DNA from: Eledone cirrhosa
Taxonomy: Eukaryota
Length of the DNA: 64,000 nt
Reading direction: 5' to 3'
NCBI GenBank assembly: GCA_964016885.1
Contig: OZ024760.1
Coordinates: 23,436,001 to 23,500,000, forward strand
Numbering within the stretch: the first letter of the stretch is position 1; the number at the start of each line of letters is the position of its first letter. Below the pieces are notes generated by a model. The model made no database searches. It saw only the letters and a program-made list of their open reading frames with translations, and was not told the origin of the DNA. Below, one piece after another: positions 12,890 through 27,705 of the stretch. The position numbers were made by a program, and so were the translations under genes.

Positions 12890-13390
12890 CACACACTATG
12901 AAACACACAGACACAGAACCACAAGAACACACACTTGCAGACACACACACATTCATACACACACAGACAGAACCACAACAACACACACATTCAGTCACAC
13001 ACAGACAGAACCACAACAACACACACATTCATACACACACAGACAGAACCACAACACACACATTCAGAGACACACACACACACACACAGAAGCACAACAA
13101 AATACACTTGCAGACACTTACACAAACACACACACACACACACTTGCACAAACACAGAGGCAGAACCAGCGCAACACACACACACTTGCACAAACACACG
13201 CAACACACACACACTTGCACAAACACAGAGACAGAACCAGCGCAACACACACACACACACTTGCACAAACACATAGGCAGAATCACCGCAACACGCACAC
13301 ACTTGCACAAACACACGCAACACACACACTTGCACAAATACAATGGCAGAACCAGCGCAACAAACATAGACAGAAGCTTTGCAACAGACG
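12890..13390. repeat. AC-rich minisatellite
   Basis: Recurrent CACTTGCACAAACAC and ACAGAACCA modules. Confidence 0.85.
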
Positions 13391-13990
13391 ATGCACAAAC
13401 ACGCATATGCTGGTGGAGCACAGCAACGCATATAATCTTGCAGGTCAGTCGAATGGGAAACTTGCTCAAGGAGCCGTGCATTTGGGTAGAACGGTTACAC
13501 ATTTCGTTTTGAAGTGAATTGTCTTTCCTGTGTCGCCATGTTTGTTTGTGTGTCCGTATCTAAAACGTCCAACTGCACTTATCGCTATCAACAACTCAAC
13601 AGTTCATCTCTTGGTATCGTGTATGGTGGGAGGGGTGATGGAGATCAAGATAGGCCGAGAGGGAGAGAGAAGAGAGGGAGAGAGTAGAGAGGGAAAGAGA
13701 GAGAGAGGGGAACAGGCAGGGAGAGAACACAATATCGAGAAGTGAGTGAGTGGGGGAGGGCTAAGAGAGAGAAATAGAGAGAGGCTGGGAGCACAATATC
13801 GAGAGAGAGAGAGTGAGTGAATGATAGGTTGGAGAGATGAGCTAAGAGAGAAAGAGAGAGAGAGAGCACAATATCGAGAGAGTGAGGGAGGGAGAGGGTA
13901 GGAGGGATGAGTGAGATAAGTCAGATGAAAACAGAGAAGAAAGAAGAATGAGACAAAGAGTGGTCGACTTACTGTGTGATTAAGAGGAGG

Positions 13991-14044
<54 letters not shown>

Positions 14045-14053
<9 letters not shown>

Positions 14054-14150
14054 TGAAATTAGTGATGACAAAGAGAGGGTATGATAGAAAGAGGGAGAAA
14101 TATGAAGTGGTGGAAACAGAGAGAGAGAGATCAACTGAGCGCCTTAGAAT

Positions 14151-14201
<51 letters not shown>

Positions 14202-14309
14202 TGATGAAATTAGTGATGATTAAGAGACGGTATGATAGAAAGAGGGAGAAATATGAAGTGGTGGAAACAGAGAGAGAGAGAGATCAACTGAGCGTCTTAG
14301 AATGAGAAA
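14045..14309. repeat. Tandem duplication in GA-rich DNA
   Basis: GTGATGAAATTAGTGATG..GATCAACTGAGCG..AGAATGAGAAA occurs twice. Confidence 0.85.
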
Positions 14310-14402
14310 TTGAGATTAAGAGAGAGTGAGAGAGAGTGTGATAGAATGAGAAAGAGAAACGTGAAAGGGGGAGAGAGAGAGATCAACAGAGAACGACAGA
14401 AT

Positions 14403-14433
<31 letters not shown>

Positions 14434-14647
14434 GAGAGGGGAATAGAGAGAGAGCTCAAGTGAGAGTGACAGAAGGAAAAGAAGTGAGAAAGAGAGAGAG
14501 TGAGATATACTGAGACACTGGAGAATGTTCCATTAATTCTATGGAATATTTGCAGTCAAAATATACACAGGTCAGATCTCGATTACGTGGGGTCACTGAA
14601 CAATGGACAAGTGTCAGGACCATATAAATATATTTACATACACACAT

Positions 14648-14693
<46 letters not shown>

Positions 14694-14842
14694 GTACATA
14701 ACGAAGGAGTTGTGGTAAGGAACCAGATGGACCATAACGCACCAGAGTACTCAATACTTAGGTTAGTAGAGTGTGTAATAGGAAATAGCCGTCGAAACTG
14801 CTTGAACTATGCCGTCGGGCTCATACATTTTCTTATACGAAA

Positions 14843-14874
<32 letters not shown>

Positions 14875-14877
14875 ATG

Positions 14878-14914
<37 letters not shown>

Positions 14915-14989
14915 GTCTCTCTCTCTTTCTCTCTTTCTCTCTCTATATATACATAATCGTAATTGTGTATGAATATATATATATATATA

Positions 14990-15023
<34 letters not shown>

Positions 15024-15056
15024 CATGTCTCTCTTTCTCTCTTTCTCTCTCTATAC

Positions 15057-15090
<34 letters not shown>

Positions 15091-15215
15091 GTATGTGTAT
15101 ATATATATATATATGTATGTATACGTGTGTATATATATATATACGTATGTGTGTGTATATATATATATATATATGTATACGTGTGTGTATATATATATAT
15201 ATATATGTATACGTA

Positions 15216-15256
<41 letters not shown>

Positions 15257-15276
15257 GCATATATATGTCTCCCTCC

Positions 15277-15397
<121 letters not shown>

Positions 15398-15681
15398 CTA
15401 TGTTTACGTAAAGTATTCGAAATGAAATACCCGGATATAGCTACGGTGGATCACTTGATTATGATGAACGAATAAATTCGCCCGTGTAGACACACGCAGG
15501 GAGATATTTACACACTGATCGGTGTTCTCACGCCACTAGACATTGATATAGCTATTGATACACCTTTATCTCGACATACATACTGATATATATGTTTGTT
15601 AAGTATGCTTGTAACTTTATAGATATGTGTTTTACACATATAGATGACACTGGCATACAGGCACACACGATTACATATTTG

Positions 15682-15745
<64 letters not shown>

Positions 15746-15751
15746 TGTATG

Positions 15752-15791
<40 letters not shown>

Positions 15792-15797
15792 TGTATG

Positions 15798-15838
<41 letters not shown>

Positions 15839-15917
15839 ATGTGTGTGTTTATATGCGTATACCTGCATGTACATATGCGCACCTGCATGTGTGTATTTGA
15901 GCTTAGGTGGTATATAC

Positions 15918-15957
<40 letters not shown>

Positions 15958-16014
15958 GTATACATTTACGTATACATATAAACATTTACGTACAAATATA
16001 CACACATATATATA

Positions 16015-16045
<31 letters not shown>

Positions 16046-16065
16046 AAATGTGTTCTTTGTTTGTA

Positions 16066-16125
<60 letters not shown>

Positions 16126-16517
16126 AAATGTGTGCTGCGTTTCTGATGCTTATATATATTTGTATGTGCGTAGATGTTTGTGATGCCTATATGTGTTGGA
16201 GTGACTGTGTGTGTTTGAGTATGTGTGCATGTTGTAATATATGTGTATGTTTGTATTACAACGTGGACGCCATTATACGCTTGCAGATGTTTACAGAAAT
16301 ATCAACCATAATTCAAGACAACGAAATTTCTGTCTTCCAATTAGAATATAGCTGGAAGTCTTCAGATCGATAATCGCTTCTCTCTGGTGAATATGAAGAA
16401 ACAAAGCAATCTCAAGCTGGAATTATCAAATGTGAAACGGCCAATAAATACTATAAAATGTCCAATAATTGCAAGTGCATTTGCCGTTGTTATTATTGTT
16501 TTAACTATTTTTACTAT

Positions 16518-17560
16518 TGGAATTGCAGAATCGGCTGAGCATTGGGTAAAGTCTTTTGTGATATTTGGTGGAACCTTTTAAATTCACAGTTCAAATCATG
16601 GTCAGTTTTGCTTTACCATTCATCCTTACGAAGTCTATAAAATAAAGTACCAGTGACGTACTTCGGTCGATTTAATCGACTTTCCTCTCCTGCCCAAATT
16701 GTTGGCCGTGTGCCTCAATCAGAAACATTTGTAATTTGGTGCATAGAGTTACGGCCCTTGCCATTCTGAGTTCAAATCCCGCCGAGGTTAACTTTGCCTT
16801 TCATCCTTACGGGGTCGATAAAATAAAGTACCAGTAATACACTGCGTAATTGCTGGCCTTGTGCCTAACGTAGAAACAATTATTATAATAGGCGGTGGCT
16901 TGACAGTATCGGTAGTGCATCAGACACCATGCTTTGTAGTATAGAGTAATGGCCGTTTACATTCTGAGTTCAAATCCCGACGAGCTTAGCTTTGCCTTTC
17001 ATCCTTACCGGGTCGATGAAATAAAGTACCAGTAATACACTGGGGTAATTGCTGGCCTTGTGCCAAAAGTAGAAACAATTATTATTATAATCTTGTCAGG
17101 TTAACTTAGTCTTTCATCTTTACGGGTTCGGTAAAATAAAGTACCAGGGATGCATTGGGAAAATTGCTGGCCTTGTGCAATTATTATTATGATTATTGGA
17201 TCAGCAGAATTGGTAGATCGCTGTGTAAAAGTGTTCATTGTGGAATTTGTTCTGGCTCTTTACATTATGAGTACAAATCCCGTCGAGGTTAGCTTTGCTT
17301 TTCATCTTTACGGGGTTAATAAAATAAAGTCCCAGTAATGCACTGGTGTCGAACTGCTCCTATTTACCTCTCCCCCTTCAAATTACTGTCCTTGTGCCTA
17401 AAGCAGAAACAATTATTTATTGCTGTATTTAGTTGCTATTTTCTCCGTCCTCAATTCAAATCCCGTCGAGGCCAAATTTCATCCTCCCGAACTTTCACTG
17501 GAAAAAAGAAAATACGAGTGACGCACTTGAAGGAATTTAATAGATTTTGCCCTCCTCTTT
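16518..17560 (+). mobile_element. Tandem array of about six tRNA-derived SINE copies of mixed age
   Basis: Repeated B-box GAGTTCAAATCCC, core GCCTTTCATCCTTACGGGGTCGATAAAATAAAGTACCAG and tail GTAGAAACAATTATT. Confidence 0.88.
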
Positions 17561-18787
17561 CTAAGGTATTGAGTGGAGCTTTCACGATTTCTTTGCTGTG
17601 TTTAGTAAAGCTATATTCTGTACATTTGCGCTAACATATTTCAAAGTCATTTTAATCAGGAACAATATCCTTTAAATTGATAAAAGAAAACGAATTTGAT
17701 ATTCAGATCAGGCCAAAGAAATTATGTTTAAATTTGTTTTACCTTTGCCAATATTAACCGCTATTCCAGTCACATGAAGGAATCACGTATGAGGCTTTAA
17801 TAATTCTGCAAATTCACCACCAATTACATCATTGTCGAAATATATTTTGAATTACGTGTATAATGTTATGAAACAGAGGTTGCGCCATGATTGCCTTTCA
17901 GCAAAATATATCAGGAGAATATTGGAAAATTTAAGACCATTTGATATATATTGAAATGCTCCAAATTGTATACACTGGCTAATAATGTTTTAAATATTTT
18001 TCTTGTTGCATTTCTGAGAAACTAAATATATTGCACCAAAGGGGATCCATGCTAAATAAGCATTTTGAGCTAACATATTGCTACAGCCATAAATCATATA
18101 TTTTGTTGAAATATTTCAAAATGGCTTACGTTTAAACGCTTCGCATGGCACTGTATAATAATGGTAAATTCTTGAAGCAAAAGACTCTTATTTGTTTGCA
18201 TTGAACGGTTGAATACTTCGTATACTAATATAATATTCACACACACGCACGCACGCACACATACATCCATATATATTTATATATATATAATAATATAAGT
18301 ATGTATACGTGAATACATATATGTATACAGACGTACAATAGTATGTATATACATAAATACATGCACACATATATATATATGTACGTATGGGTTTACCGAA
18401 CATTTATTATAATGCTCGGTTTGTTTGTAAACAAACAGCCCGAATTAGTAGCCGTACAGTGTTCGGCAACCATCGTTTCCCTTTTGTTCAACACTGACTA
18501 AGGAACGATGAAATAGTTTCTAGCTTATTAGCTGTCATCAGCATCGTATACCTTCCTGTCAATCGATTGAAGGCATAAGCCTTTCATCAACAGTGGTGGG
18601 AAGGAGAAGGATGTTGCATATATATACATAAACATATATATGCAACCTCCTTCTCCTTCCCACCACTCTGTTGAGGAAAGGCTTATGCCCGAAACGTCAC
18701 ACCCACACCCCACTGTCAATAAGCGTGAATCTAATATCTTTCGTAACTTGTACTCCTTTGTTGTTGTTTTTTTAGTTTCCCATATAC

Positions 18788-18825
<38 letters not shown>

Positions 18826-18869
18826 GAAAAAAACGAGGAAGTTTCGTTTATGTATGAAAAATAATTAAT

Positions 18870-18975
18870 GCGTATCGACCAGGTACGTGCCTTTCGCAGA
18901 GGATGGTCTCTAGGTGACCGATAGGAGTTAGGGCCCCAACTCCAGTATCTATCTGCTCCTCAGACTGGTGATGCG
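18870..18975 (-). ncRNA. Hammerhead motif with branched stem II and damaged cleavage site
   Basis: CTGAGGA-GCAGA[two hairpins]TCTGC-GAAA-GG(CACGTA)CC-T. Stem I remnant GCATCACCA / TGGTCGATAC. Confidence 0.6.
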
Positions 18976-19298
18976 ACAAAATATATATGTTTCATGTGTA
19001 AACGAAACTTCCACGTTTTCTATTATATACACTCTGCCTGTGCATAGAGTGCTTGATTTGGTACCAACTCCAGTATTTCAACGTACTATCTACACTATAT
19101 ATATACTTATTATATACTTATTATATGTATATATATATATAATAATAGTAAATGTGAATAAAGAATCAGTTAATCAGAGCCAGGAAAAGTTGCAACAGCT
19201 GCTAAGCCTAATGGTTGGAGCATCGAGCGGATATCTACCAGGTTTTCATAGCTTCTCTGTGCTTGAGCACAACATCCTTTATACTTATATATATATAT

Positions 19299-20162
19299 AC
19301 TAGCACTGGTACCCGGCGTTGCACGGGATAAGGTTTTTGGAAGGGGGGCCGCCAACAGACATAATCGTGGAAAAACTACATGCCTGGACAATATGTAAAG
19401 AAAATAAACCAAATACTCTGATGGCTGGAGAATCTTTAAGATGTTCCGCGATGAAGCAGGAAAAATGCAGGTTTTCACCTAATGCGGGCCGGGCCCTAGG
19501 GGATCAAGAAAATGAATTTTTTTTATGTGCATAATATGCCTTGAAATTTCGGGAAAATCGGCGAGACGTAACGCCTCGAAAAAGCCCTAAACAGCTGAAA
19601 AATGAAGTTTTTCACCTAATACGGGCCCTAAAAAAGTTAGATTTTCTTTGCTCACGGTATGAAGAAGAAATCGGTCTGACGTAACGCCTCAAAAAACCCT
19701 AAAAAGCTTATAAAACGCAGTTTTTCACCTAATGCAGGCCCTAGATCAAAAAGTTTAATTTTATGTGCATAACACTCCCTGAAACATAAGTAATACACAT
19801 GTAATTTTGAAAAAAGTCGGTTGGGTACTTCTCGAAATTTAAGGATTCAAACTTACAGACACACAGACAGACATCCTCAGAGAAGTGACGTAATGCAGAC
19901 AGGCAGACAGACAGACAGATATTATAAGGGCGCGACGTTATATGTATGTATCTATCTAAAAATAGAAAGACTAAGAATTATAGAGAGAGATCGCTAAATC
20001 GCCTAATGTGGTCCCTAGGGCATTCAATATTTGAAGTTTCTTTTGCTCAGAACACTCCCTCAAACATAAGTATTACATGTCTAAAGTTTGAAAACAGTCG
20101 GTTGGGTGGTTCTCGAGTTTTAGGGATTCAAACTCACACACAGACCGACATCCTCAGTTATA

Positions 20163-20165
<3 letters not shown>
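19299..20165 (-). mobile_element. Non-autonomous Helitron-like element
   Basis: Minus-strand 3' end has the GC hairpin CCCGTGCAACGCCGGG followed by CTAG|T. The other end carries GTCT repeats. Internal ~107-bp direct repeat at 19771-19880 and 20051-20157. Confidence 0.62.
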
Positions 20166-20233
<68 letters not shown>

Positions 20234-20363
20234 GCAAAAGTTTTATTTTAAATTGTTGGGTTACAACGAGTAAATATTTTATAACTGATATAAAGCACTC
20301 AACAAGTTTTGGAGTAGATATACGATATTGAACAAATGGAAACTATATTTATAAAACCATATT

Positions 20364-20429
20364 TATTTCATTATACATATTTCGGGGATACCATATTAAA
20401 AATATGGCATGCCTTCTTCAGATAAAATA
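20364..20429 (-). ncRNA. Minimal type I hammerhead motif, family B
   Basis: TATTTTAT-CTGAAGA-AGGCATGCCATATT(TTT)AATATGGTATCCCC-GAAA-TATGTA-TA^ATGAAATA. Confidence 0.75.
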
Positions 20430-20601
20430 CAATATACAAGCAGTTTTATAAATAAATTTGACGTACCATAAATATTGATCAACTTCCATTTAAGAGGTTG
20501 GTTTGGTAGTATATATATATATATATATATAGGAATACGGGATCGGAAAGGGAGGTGTTTCAATTTATTGAAACATCCATGTACAGAAAAAAATATATAT
20601 A

Positions 20602-21021
20602 TAGTAGCAACAAAGCCCGTACTTGCCGGGCCCACCTTTTGGTACAGTAAATAATCTCCTCTCTCTTTCTCTCATCAACATTGCCTTTTTACATACATTT
20701 AAATAGACCCAGAAATCTGCTATTTTAGAGCAGAACAAGATTTAACCTATAGGATGACGTGCTCCAGGAGCTAAATAATATGTTTTAAATTTCAACAAAA
20801 TCATATGGAAAACATCGAAATGCATCGCTTGGATAGAGATAGTGAGAAATTTTCGTTTATATATATATTTATCGAAAAATGTGAAGTTTGAAGATCACGG
20901 CAATGCAAAATGAGCGAACTAGAAAAATAAGACGAAGTACCTGTCCTGAAATTTCGCATTGCGTGGCCTTCAAACTTTTTCTATATCATACACAATGCAT
21001 CAAGCAAACTACAATATCCTC

Positions 21022-21022
<1 letters not shown>
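20602..21022 (-). mobile_element. Possible degenerate Helitron-like element
   Basis: TAGTAGC..GCCCGTACTTGCCGGGC hairpin end and an ATCCTCA-(TA)n end resemble 19299-20165. Confidence 0.35.
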
Positions 21023-21089
<67 letters not shown>

Positions 21090-21278
21090 CTATATTGTGT
21101 GTTAGATTTTGCCTACCACAGTGTTCAATTTGTCAAGTGATTTAAACGTATGGTATTACTCTGAGGACCTTCCTTGTCGAGTGCTTTGCTAACTCATTTC
21201 ATATAGTAGGCCGAATTTGCTTGCAAACCGCCAGAGATTCGATTTTACTAAGTACCCAATTATATATATATTTATATC

Positions 21279-21377
<99 letters not shown>

Positions 21378-22019
21378 TTCCACAACAGTTAGTTCACCAT
21401 TAGAGAGACCAATTGTTTTACCTTATTTGGATCAACAGCTCGGCTTAAAATAGGTTGTGCGGAAAAGGAAAAACAATTATATACATAATCACAGACCACG
21501 TTCGATACCTTGAGTTACCTGCTATTACTTGCTTTTAAAATGTCACTGACAGTGATGATTTACTATGGAGCCTTAATATAAATAGCAGTTCGCGATGAGA
21601 GGGCTACAAAATGAACGAATTAGAGATTATATGGGAAACAACAAAAGCTCGTTTATATGACACCCACACAAACCATTTCTTTTCACCATAGTTTAATTGC
21701 TTTTTCTTGGTAGGATATTGCATTGGCTGACTTAAATTATGCAGGAGACCTTGTATTATTAATATTAAAATCATAACTAAATTCCATGAACATGGATATT
21801 GAAAATACGAATAGGTTTTATCTCTTATTGTTATACTTTGGGAAGGTCATGCTGCCAATAAAAACTCACCCACTTGTTGGTTTTCACTTCAATGTATTAC
21901 ACATTTCCAATTGGTTGGTGCCTCTTTTATATTAAATATAATTTTCTCCGAAGATAAGGAGCAAAAGATTCTGATAAGGGTCGTTAATGTTTCAAACATA
22001 ATTTTAATCACAAAATAAA

Positions 22020-22420
22020 TACAAGACGCTTGCCTGAAAAGTTTATAGGCTGACCAAGATACTCTCATAGAATGACCAAATGAGGTTATTTTTCAACATA
22101 ATCCCTGGAAAGAAACACTTCATAAGAAGAGTTGAAATTAATGTATGCAAGATTTCAGAGTTCGAGCATAAATCCTTCATAGGCTGACCAAAATACTCTC
22201 ATGGAATGACCAAATAAGGTTTATTTTTCATCATAGTCCCTGGAAATAAACAATGCAGATATTAATAAGAAGAGTTGAAATTAATGCATGTACGATTTCA
22301 CACCTCTAGCATCATTCCTTCACAGTCAGCCTATAACAAATATGCTTTCATGGAATGACCAAATGCAGTTACTAAAAAGAAGAGTTGAAATTAATTCATA
22401 CAAGTGCTCACAGCTCTCGA
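22020..22420 (+). mobile_element. Mariner-like terminus, locally tandem-duplicated
   Basis: TACAAG..TGCCTGAAAAGTTTATAGGCTGAC start. The ATAGGCTGACCAA..GAATGACCAAAT..AGAAGAGTTGAAATTAAT block recurs about three times. Confidence 0.4.
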
Positions 22421-22827
22421 ATCACTCTTTTATAGAGAGCTTATCAACGTTTCAGTCGACCCTCAAACGTGAATGTAATTGAGTGTTAGTGAAAGCAAGC
22501 TTCGAATATATCTATTCTAAACCATTAATTCATTTCTGGATAATTATACTCGTCAAAACATTTTATGCTGACTTGTTTTTGTTTTTGTTTTTAGCTAAAA
22601 TTGAGGTGCTGATTTCAAATATGGAATCACTTTTTTCCTTGTATTTCAGGTTTATATGTTTGTCTTTCGCTTGGTTATCATGTAAACACAGGAAACATGG
22701 ATAACATAAGAAAAGACAATTTTTTTTTGTTCGCTGATCTAAGTTAGAGACATGTCCTTGAGCAATTTGGAGCGGCTGAGCTTAAAAAGGACTATATCTT
22801 TTTCTATAACGAAAAGTTTTTATTATA

Positions 22828-23225
22828 TGTGGATTGCCAGTATAGGTAGAGGGTCGGACGCCATGCTTTGCGGCATAGTTACGACCCTTTATGATCTGAG
22901 CTCAAATCCCGCCGAGGTTAACTTTGCCTTTCATCCTTATGGGGTCAATAAATAAAGTACCAGTCACGTACTGGGGTCGATTTAATCGACTTTCCCCTCC
23001 CCCCAAATTACTGGCCTTGGGCCTATATAAGAAACAATTATATGTGGATTGGCAGTATCGGTAGAGGGTCGGACGCCATGCTTTGCAACATAGTTACGTC
23101 CCTTTACGATCTGAGTTCATATCCCGCCGAGGTTGACTTTGCCTTTCATCCTTACGAGGTCGATAAAATAAAGTACCAGTAATACACTGGTTATTGCTGG
23201 CCGTGTGCCTAAAGTAGAAACAATT
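22828..23225 (+). mobile_element. Two tandem tRNA-derived SINEs (two subfamilies)
   Basis: Each unit is preceded by TTATATGTGGATTG. The first has the longer GATTTAATCGACTTTCCCC body. Confidence 0.88.
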
Positions 23226-23518
23226 GAATATTCTACGGATTAAATCAGTAGTGATTTGGTGATATACAAAAATGAAATTTTGACATGATACACATGACAA
23301 GAGCAATGTGTCCGAACACGGTAGAGCTGAACTCTTACAACCATCGCCCACATCTCTCTCGTCCTCCCCATCAATCTGTATAGTGAGCAAATTTGGCTGC
23401 TATTTCTAGAAGCTTCAACAGGTGCCTTCCCACGTTTGATATAAATCCTGTCAGCAGTTCATCAAAATGAGATAAATCTTCTTTAAGGACACAACACTTA
23501 GCTGTGATAGGTCAGCTC

Positions 23519-23553
<35 letters not shown>

Positions 23554-23580
23554 TTACAGATATATATATATATATGTATG

Positions 23581-23623
<43 letters not shown>

Positions 23624-23702
23624 ATGTATGTATGTATGTATGTATATGTATGTATGTATATATATGTATGTATGTATATATATGTATGTATGTATATATA
23701 TG

Positions 23703-23827
<125 letters not shown>

Positions 23828-24223
23828 GTAAATATATATATATACATACTTATATATATATACTTATATATATATATATACTTATATATGTATATGTATA
23901 TACGTATATATGTATATATATATTTGTATATATACATATACATGTATATATATACTGATAGGTATATATGTACGTCTATATATACTTTTAGGTATATATG
24001 CAACCATTTTGCATTTTTTAAGGGTATGTCAATATTTATTTATGAAACTGCTCTATATTATATTTTATCTAATGAAAGTACACCATAATTTAACTTGGTG
24101 TCCTTGAAATATGTATAATGAAATATATATGGTTTTATAAATATAGTTTCCATTTGTTAATATCGTATATATATATATACATATATATATATACATATAT
24201 ATATATACATATATATATATATG

Positions 24224-24267
<44 letters not shown>

Positions 24268-24334
24268 TACATATATATATATACATATATACATATATAT
24301 ATATACATATATATACATATATACATATATATAT

Positions 24335-24367
<33 letters not shown>

Positions 24368-24742
24368 TAGATATATACACATATATATATACATGTATAT
24401 GTATATACATACATATATATATATGTATATGTATATATATACATATATATACATGTATATGTATATATATATATATACATGTATATGTATATATATATAT
24501 ATATATACATCTATATGTACATATATATATATATGTATATGTATATATATATCCATATATATATATATATATACATATATATACATGTATATGTATATAT
24601 ATATTAAACGTGTATATGTATATATATACATATATATATATATACATGTATATGTATATATATATTAAACATGTATATGTATATATATATTAAACGTGTA
24701 TATGTATATATATATATACATGTATATATATATATATACATG

Positions 24743-24799
<57 letters not shown>

Positions 24800-25407
24800 A
24801 TATTTATACGTAGGTTGGAAAATCACTGACGAAGGACTATTTTTATCATATGTAACCCATGTGCAGTATTATTTCTTCTCATGTTTTCTATATATATTTA
24901 CCTCGGCTGCGTTTGTCTGTTTCTCTCTTACTGCTTCCCCGCTCTCTCTGTTTCTCTCACCTTCTTTCGCCCCCTCTGTCAGTGACACGTTCTCTCGACT
25001 GACCACTTACACTCAGTCACTCTCTGTGTCTACCCTTCTCACTTCCTCCCGTTTGACCTCTGTGGGTTCTCTTCTTGCTCACATCTCACTCACGTTGGAT
25101 GGTCTGTATCACGCTCGCTCATGAAATCCACCCAGCTTAAGCTGACCGGATAACCATGTTGCTTGTTTTGTCCTATCATTGCGTTGCTATCAATCCTTCT
25201 TGTTTGTTTACCTGTCTCGCCCGCTTTACGCGATTTACTTGTCCCCATAGCTTTATTTAGCTATTGCTAAACCAACCGGAGGTACATGATTTTTAAAGCG
25301 ATGAAATACCAATGAATGTTGGAAAATCTCGGACGAAGAACTATTTTTATCATATGTAACCCATGTGCAACCACGCAGTATTCTTTCATCTCATGTTTTT
25401 TTTATAT

Positions 25408-25439
<32 letters not shown>

Positions 25440-25889
25440 GTATATGTATATATATGTATGTGTATATATATGTATATATATGTATATATGTATATATATG
25501 TATATGTATATGTATATATATGTATGCGTATATGTATGTGTATGTATATATATATGTATGTATATATATATGTATGTATATGTATATATATATATGTATG
25601 TATATGTATATATATGTATATATATGTGTGTATATATGTATATATATATATGTATATATATGTATATAAATATGTATATGTATATATATATATACTTATA
25701 TGTATATATATATATACTTATATGTATATATATATATACTTATATGTATATATATATATACTTATATGTATATATATATATACTTATATATATATATACT
25801 ATATGTATATATATATATACTTATATGTATATATATATATACTTAATGTATGTATATATATATATACTATATGTATATATATATATACT

Positions 25890-25954
<65 letters not shown>

Positions 25955-26396
25955 TTATATATATATATATATATATACTTATATATATATATATATATAT
26001 ACTTATATATATATATATATATATATATACTTATATGTATATATATATATATACTTATATGTATATATATATATATACTTATATGTATATATATATATAT
26101 ACTTATATGTATATATATATGTGTACATACAAATACACACAGACATATACATCCGCCTGTGTGCGCGTCTGTGGTGAAAGTGTGTATCTGATGAAGTAAG
26201 TTAACCCAGGCAGAAATCTTCAATACATTATACAGTGAATTGATTAATATTATTCTGCATGGTTAATGAGGATATCTTAATTACGAGCTGATAATTACAG
26301 AATGGCTCATGTGTAGACTCCATGGAATGTGAATATATATATATATGTGTATATAATATGTAAATACAGCGTATATATCTGATATCTATATAAGTA

Positions 26397-26483
<87 letters not shown>

Positions 26484-26779
26484 TTATGTGTGTGTGTTAG
26501 TATGTTTGAGTATGTGCGTTCAAGAGTAATTAAGAGATTCTTTCAATAACGTATGTCACTACCCCAGCCCAAACACATAATAATCCATACTTAATCATTA
26601 GCCCACAATATATCGCAAGAAATCTCAATTACCTTTGACGGAGGTCCACCATGCTTATTGATACAACCAATATATTATGTGTATTGCAGTCTATCATATA
26701 TATATATATATATATAAAGGTTTACATATATATATATATATATATAAAGGTTTACATATATATATATATATATATAAAG

Positions 26780-26821
<42 letters not shown>

Positions 26822-26899
26822 GTTTACATATATATGTATACATACATACATTTACGTGTATTGCAGTCTATCATATATATATATATATATATCAATAAT

Positions 26900-27040
26900 A
26901 TTAATTGTTTCTACTTTAGGCACAAGGCCAGCAAATACCAAGTGCATTACTGGTACTTTATTTTATCGACCCCGTAAGGATGAAAGGCAAAGTCAACCTC
27001 GGCGGGATTTGAACTCAGATTGTAAAGAGACGTAACTATA
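26900..27040 (-). mobile_element. 5'-truncated SINE
   Basis: Consensus core, with TATATCAATAATATTAAT on both sides as a likely TSD. Confidence 0.85.
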
Positions 27041-27086
27041 TATCAATAATATTAATAACTGGAAACTATATTTATAAAACCATATT

Positions 27087-27340
27087 TAATCTATTATATA
27101 TATTTCAAGTGTACCAAATATGTTGGTACGCTTTCATCAGATAAAATACGAAGTGTGTTTTTTAAATTTTGATATAACCAAGGAGAATATTACTTAACGG
27201 TTCCTGTTATCTTTGGATAGCTTGAACCGTTTAGGGATATTTTCCTTGGTTATGTCAAAATTTATAAAATACACATCGTATTTTATCTGGTGAAAGAGTA
27301 CCAACAGTTTTGGTACCTGTGAAATATATATAATAGAATA
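27087..27340. ncRNA. Inverted hammerhead pair, family B
   Basis: Minus copy 27087-27148 has an intact CTGATGA/GAAA/ATA core. Plus copy 27279-27340 has CTGGTGA. Confidence 0.72.
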
Positions 27341-27476
27341 AATATGGTTTTATAAATATTGTTTCCATTTATTTAATATCATTGTATGTTATACTCCAGA
27401 AAATCTGTTGAGTGCTCTGAATCAGTTATAGACATTTATATTTGTTGAATTACCAACAAATTGAATATCCTTTCTG

Positions 27477-27520
<44 letters not shown>

Positions 27521-27705
27521 GATAAATCTACCAAAAGTTTACGGTAGTGTCCAATCCGTATGAAGAACTCAATGTAATCCAGATATCATGAAAAGAGAAG
27601 ATGCGTTCAAAAACTACTTTCGGGGAAAAATAAACGGAAAACAGAGTCAAGATAAATTAATAAAATAAGGAATAAACAAAGAAACAGTTCCTTATATTAA
27701 AAAAA

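Noticed and set aside
17742-17806. AG/GT-bounded minus-strand segment
   Set aside because: All three frames contain stops.
21712-21765. LADLNYAGDLVLL RT-like peptide
   Set aside because: Too short, with no extendable frame.
26184-26230. CTGATGA...GAAA hammerhead-like string
   Set aside because: No stem II pairing and no NUH site; at most a heavily decayed copy.
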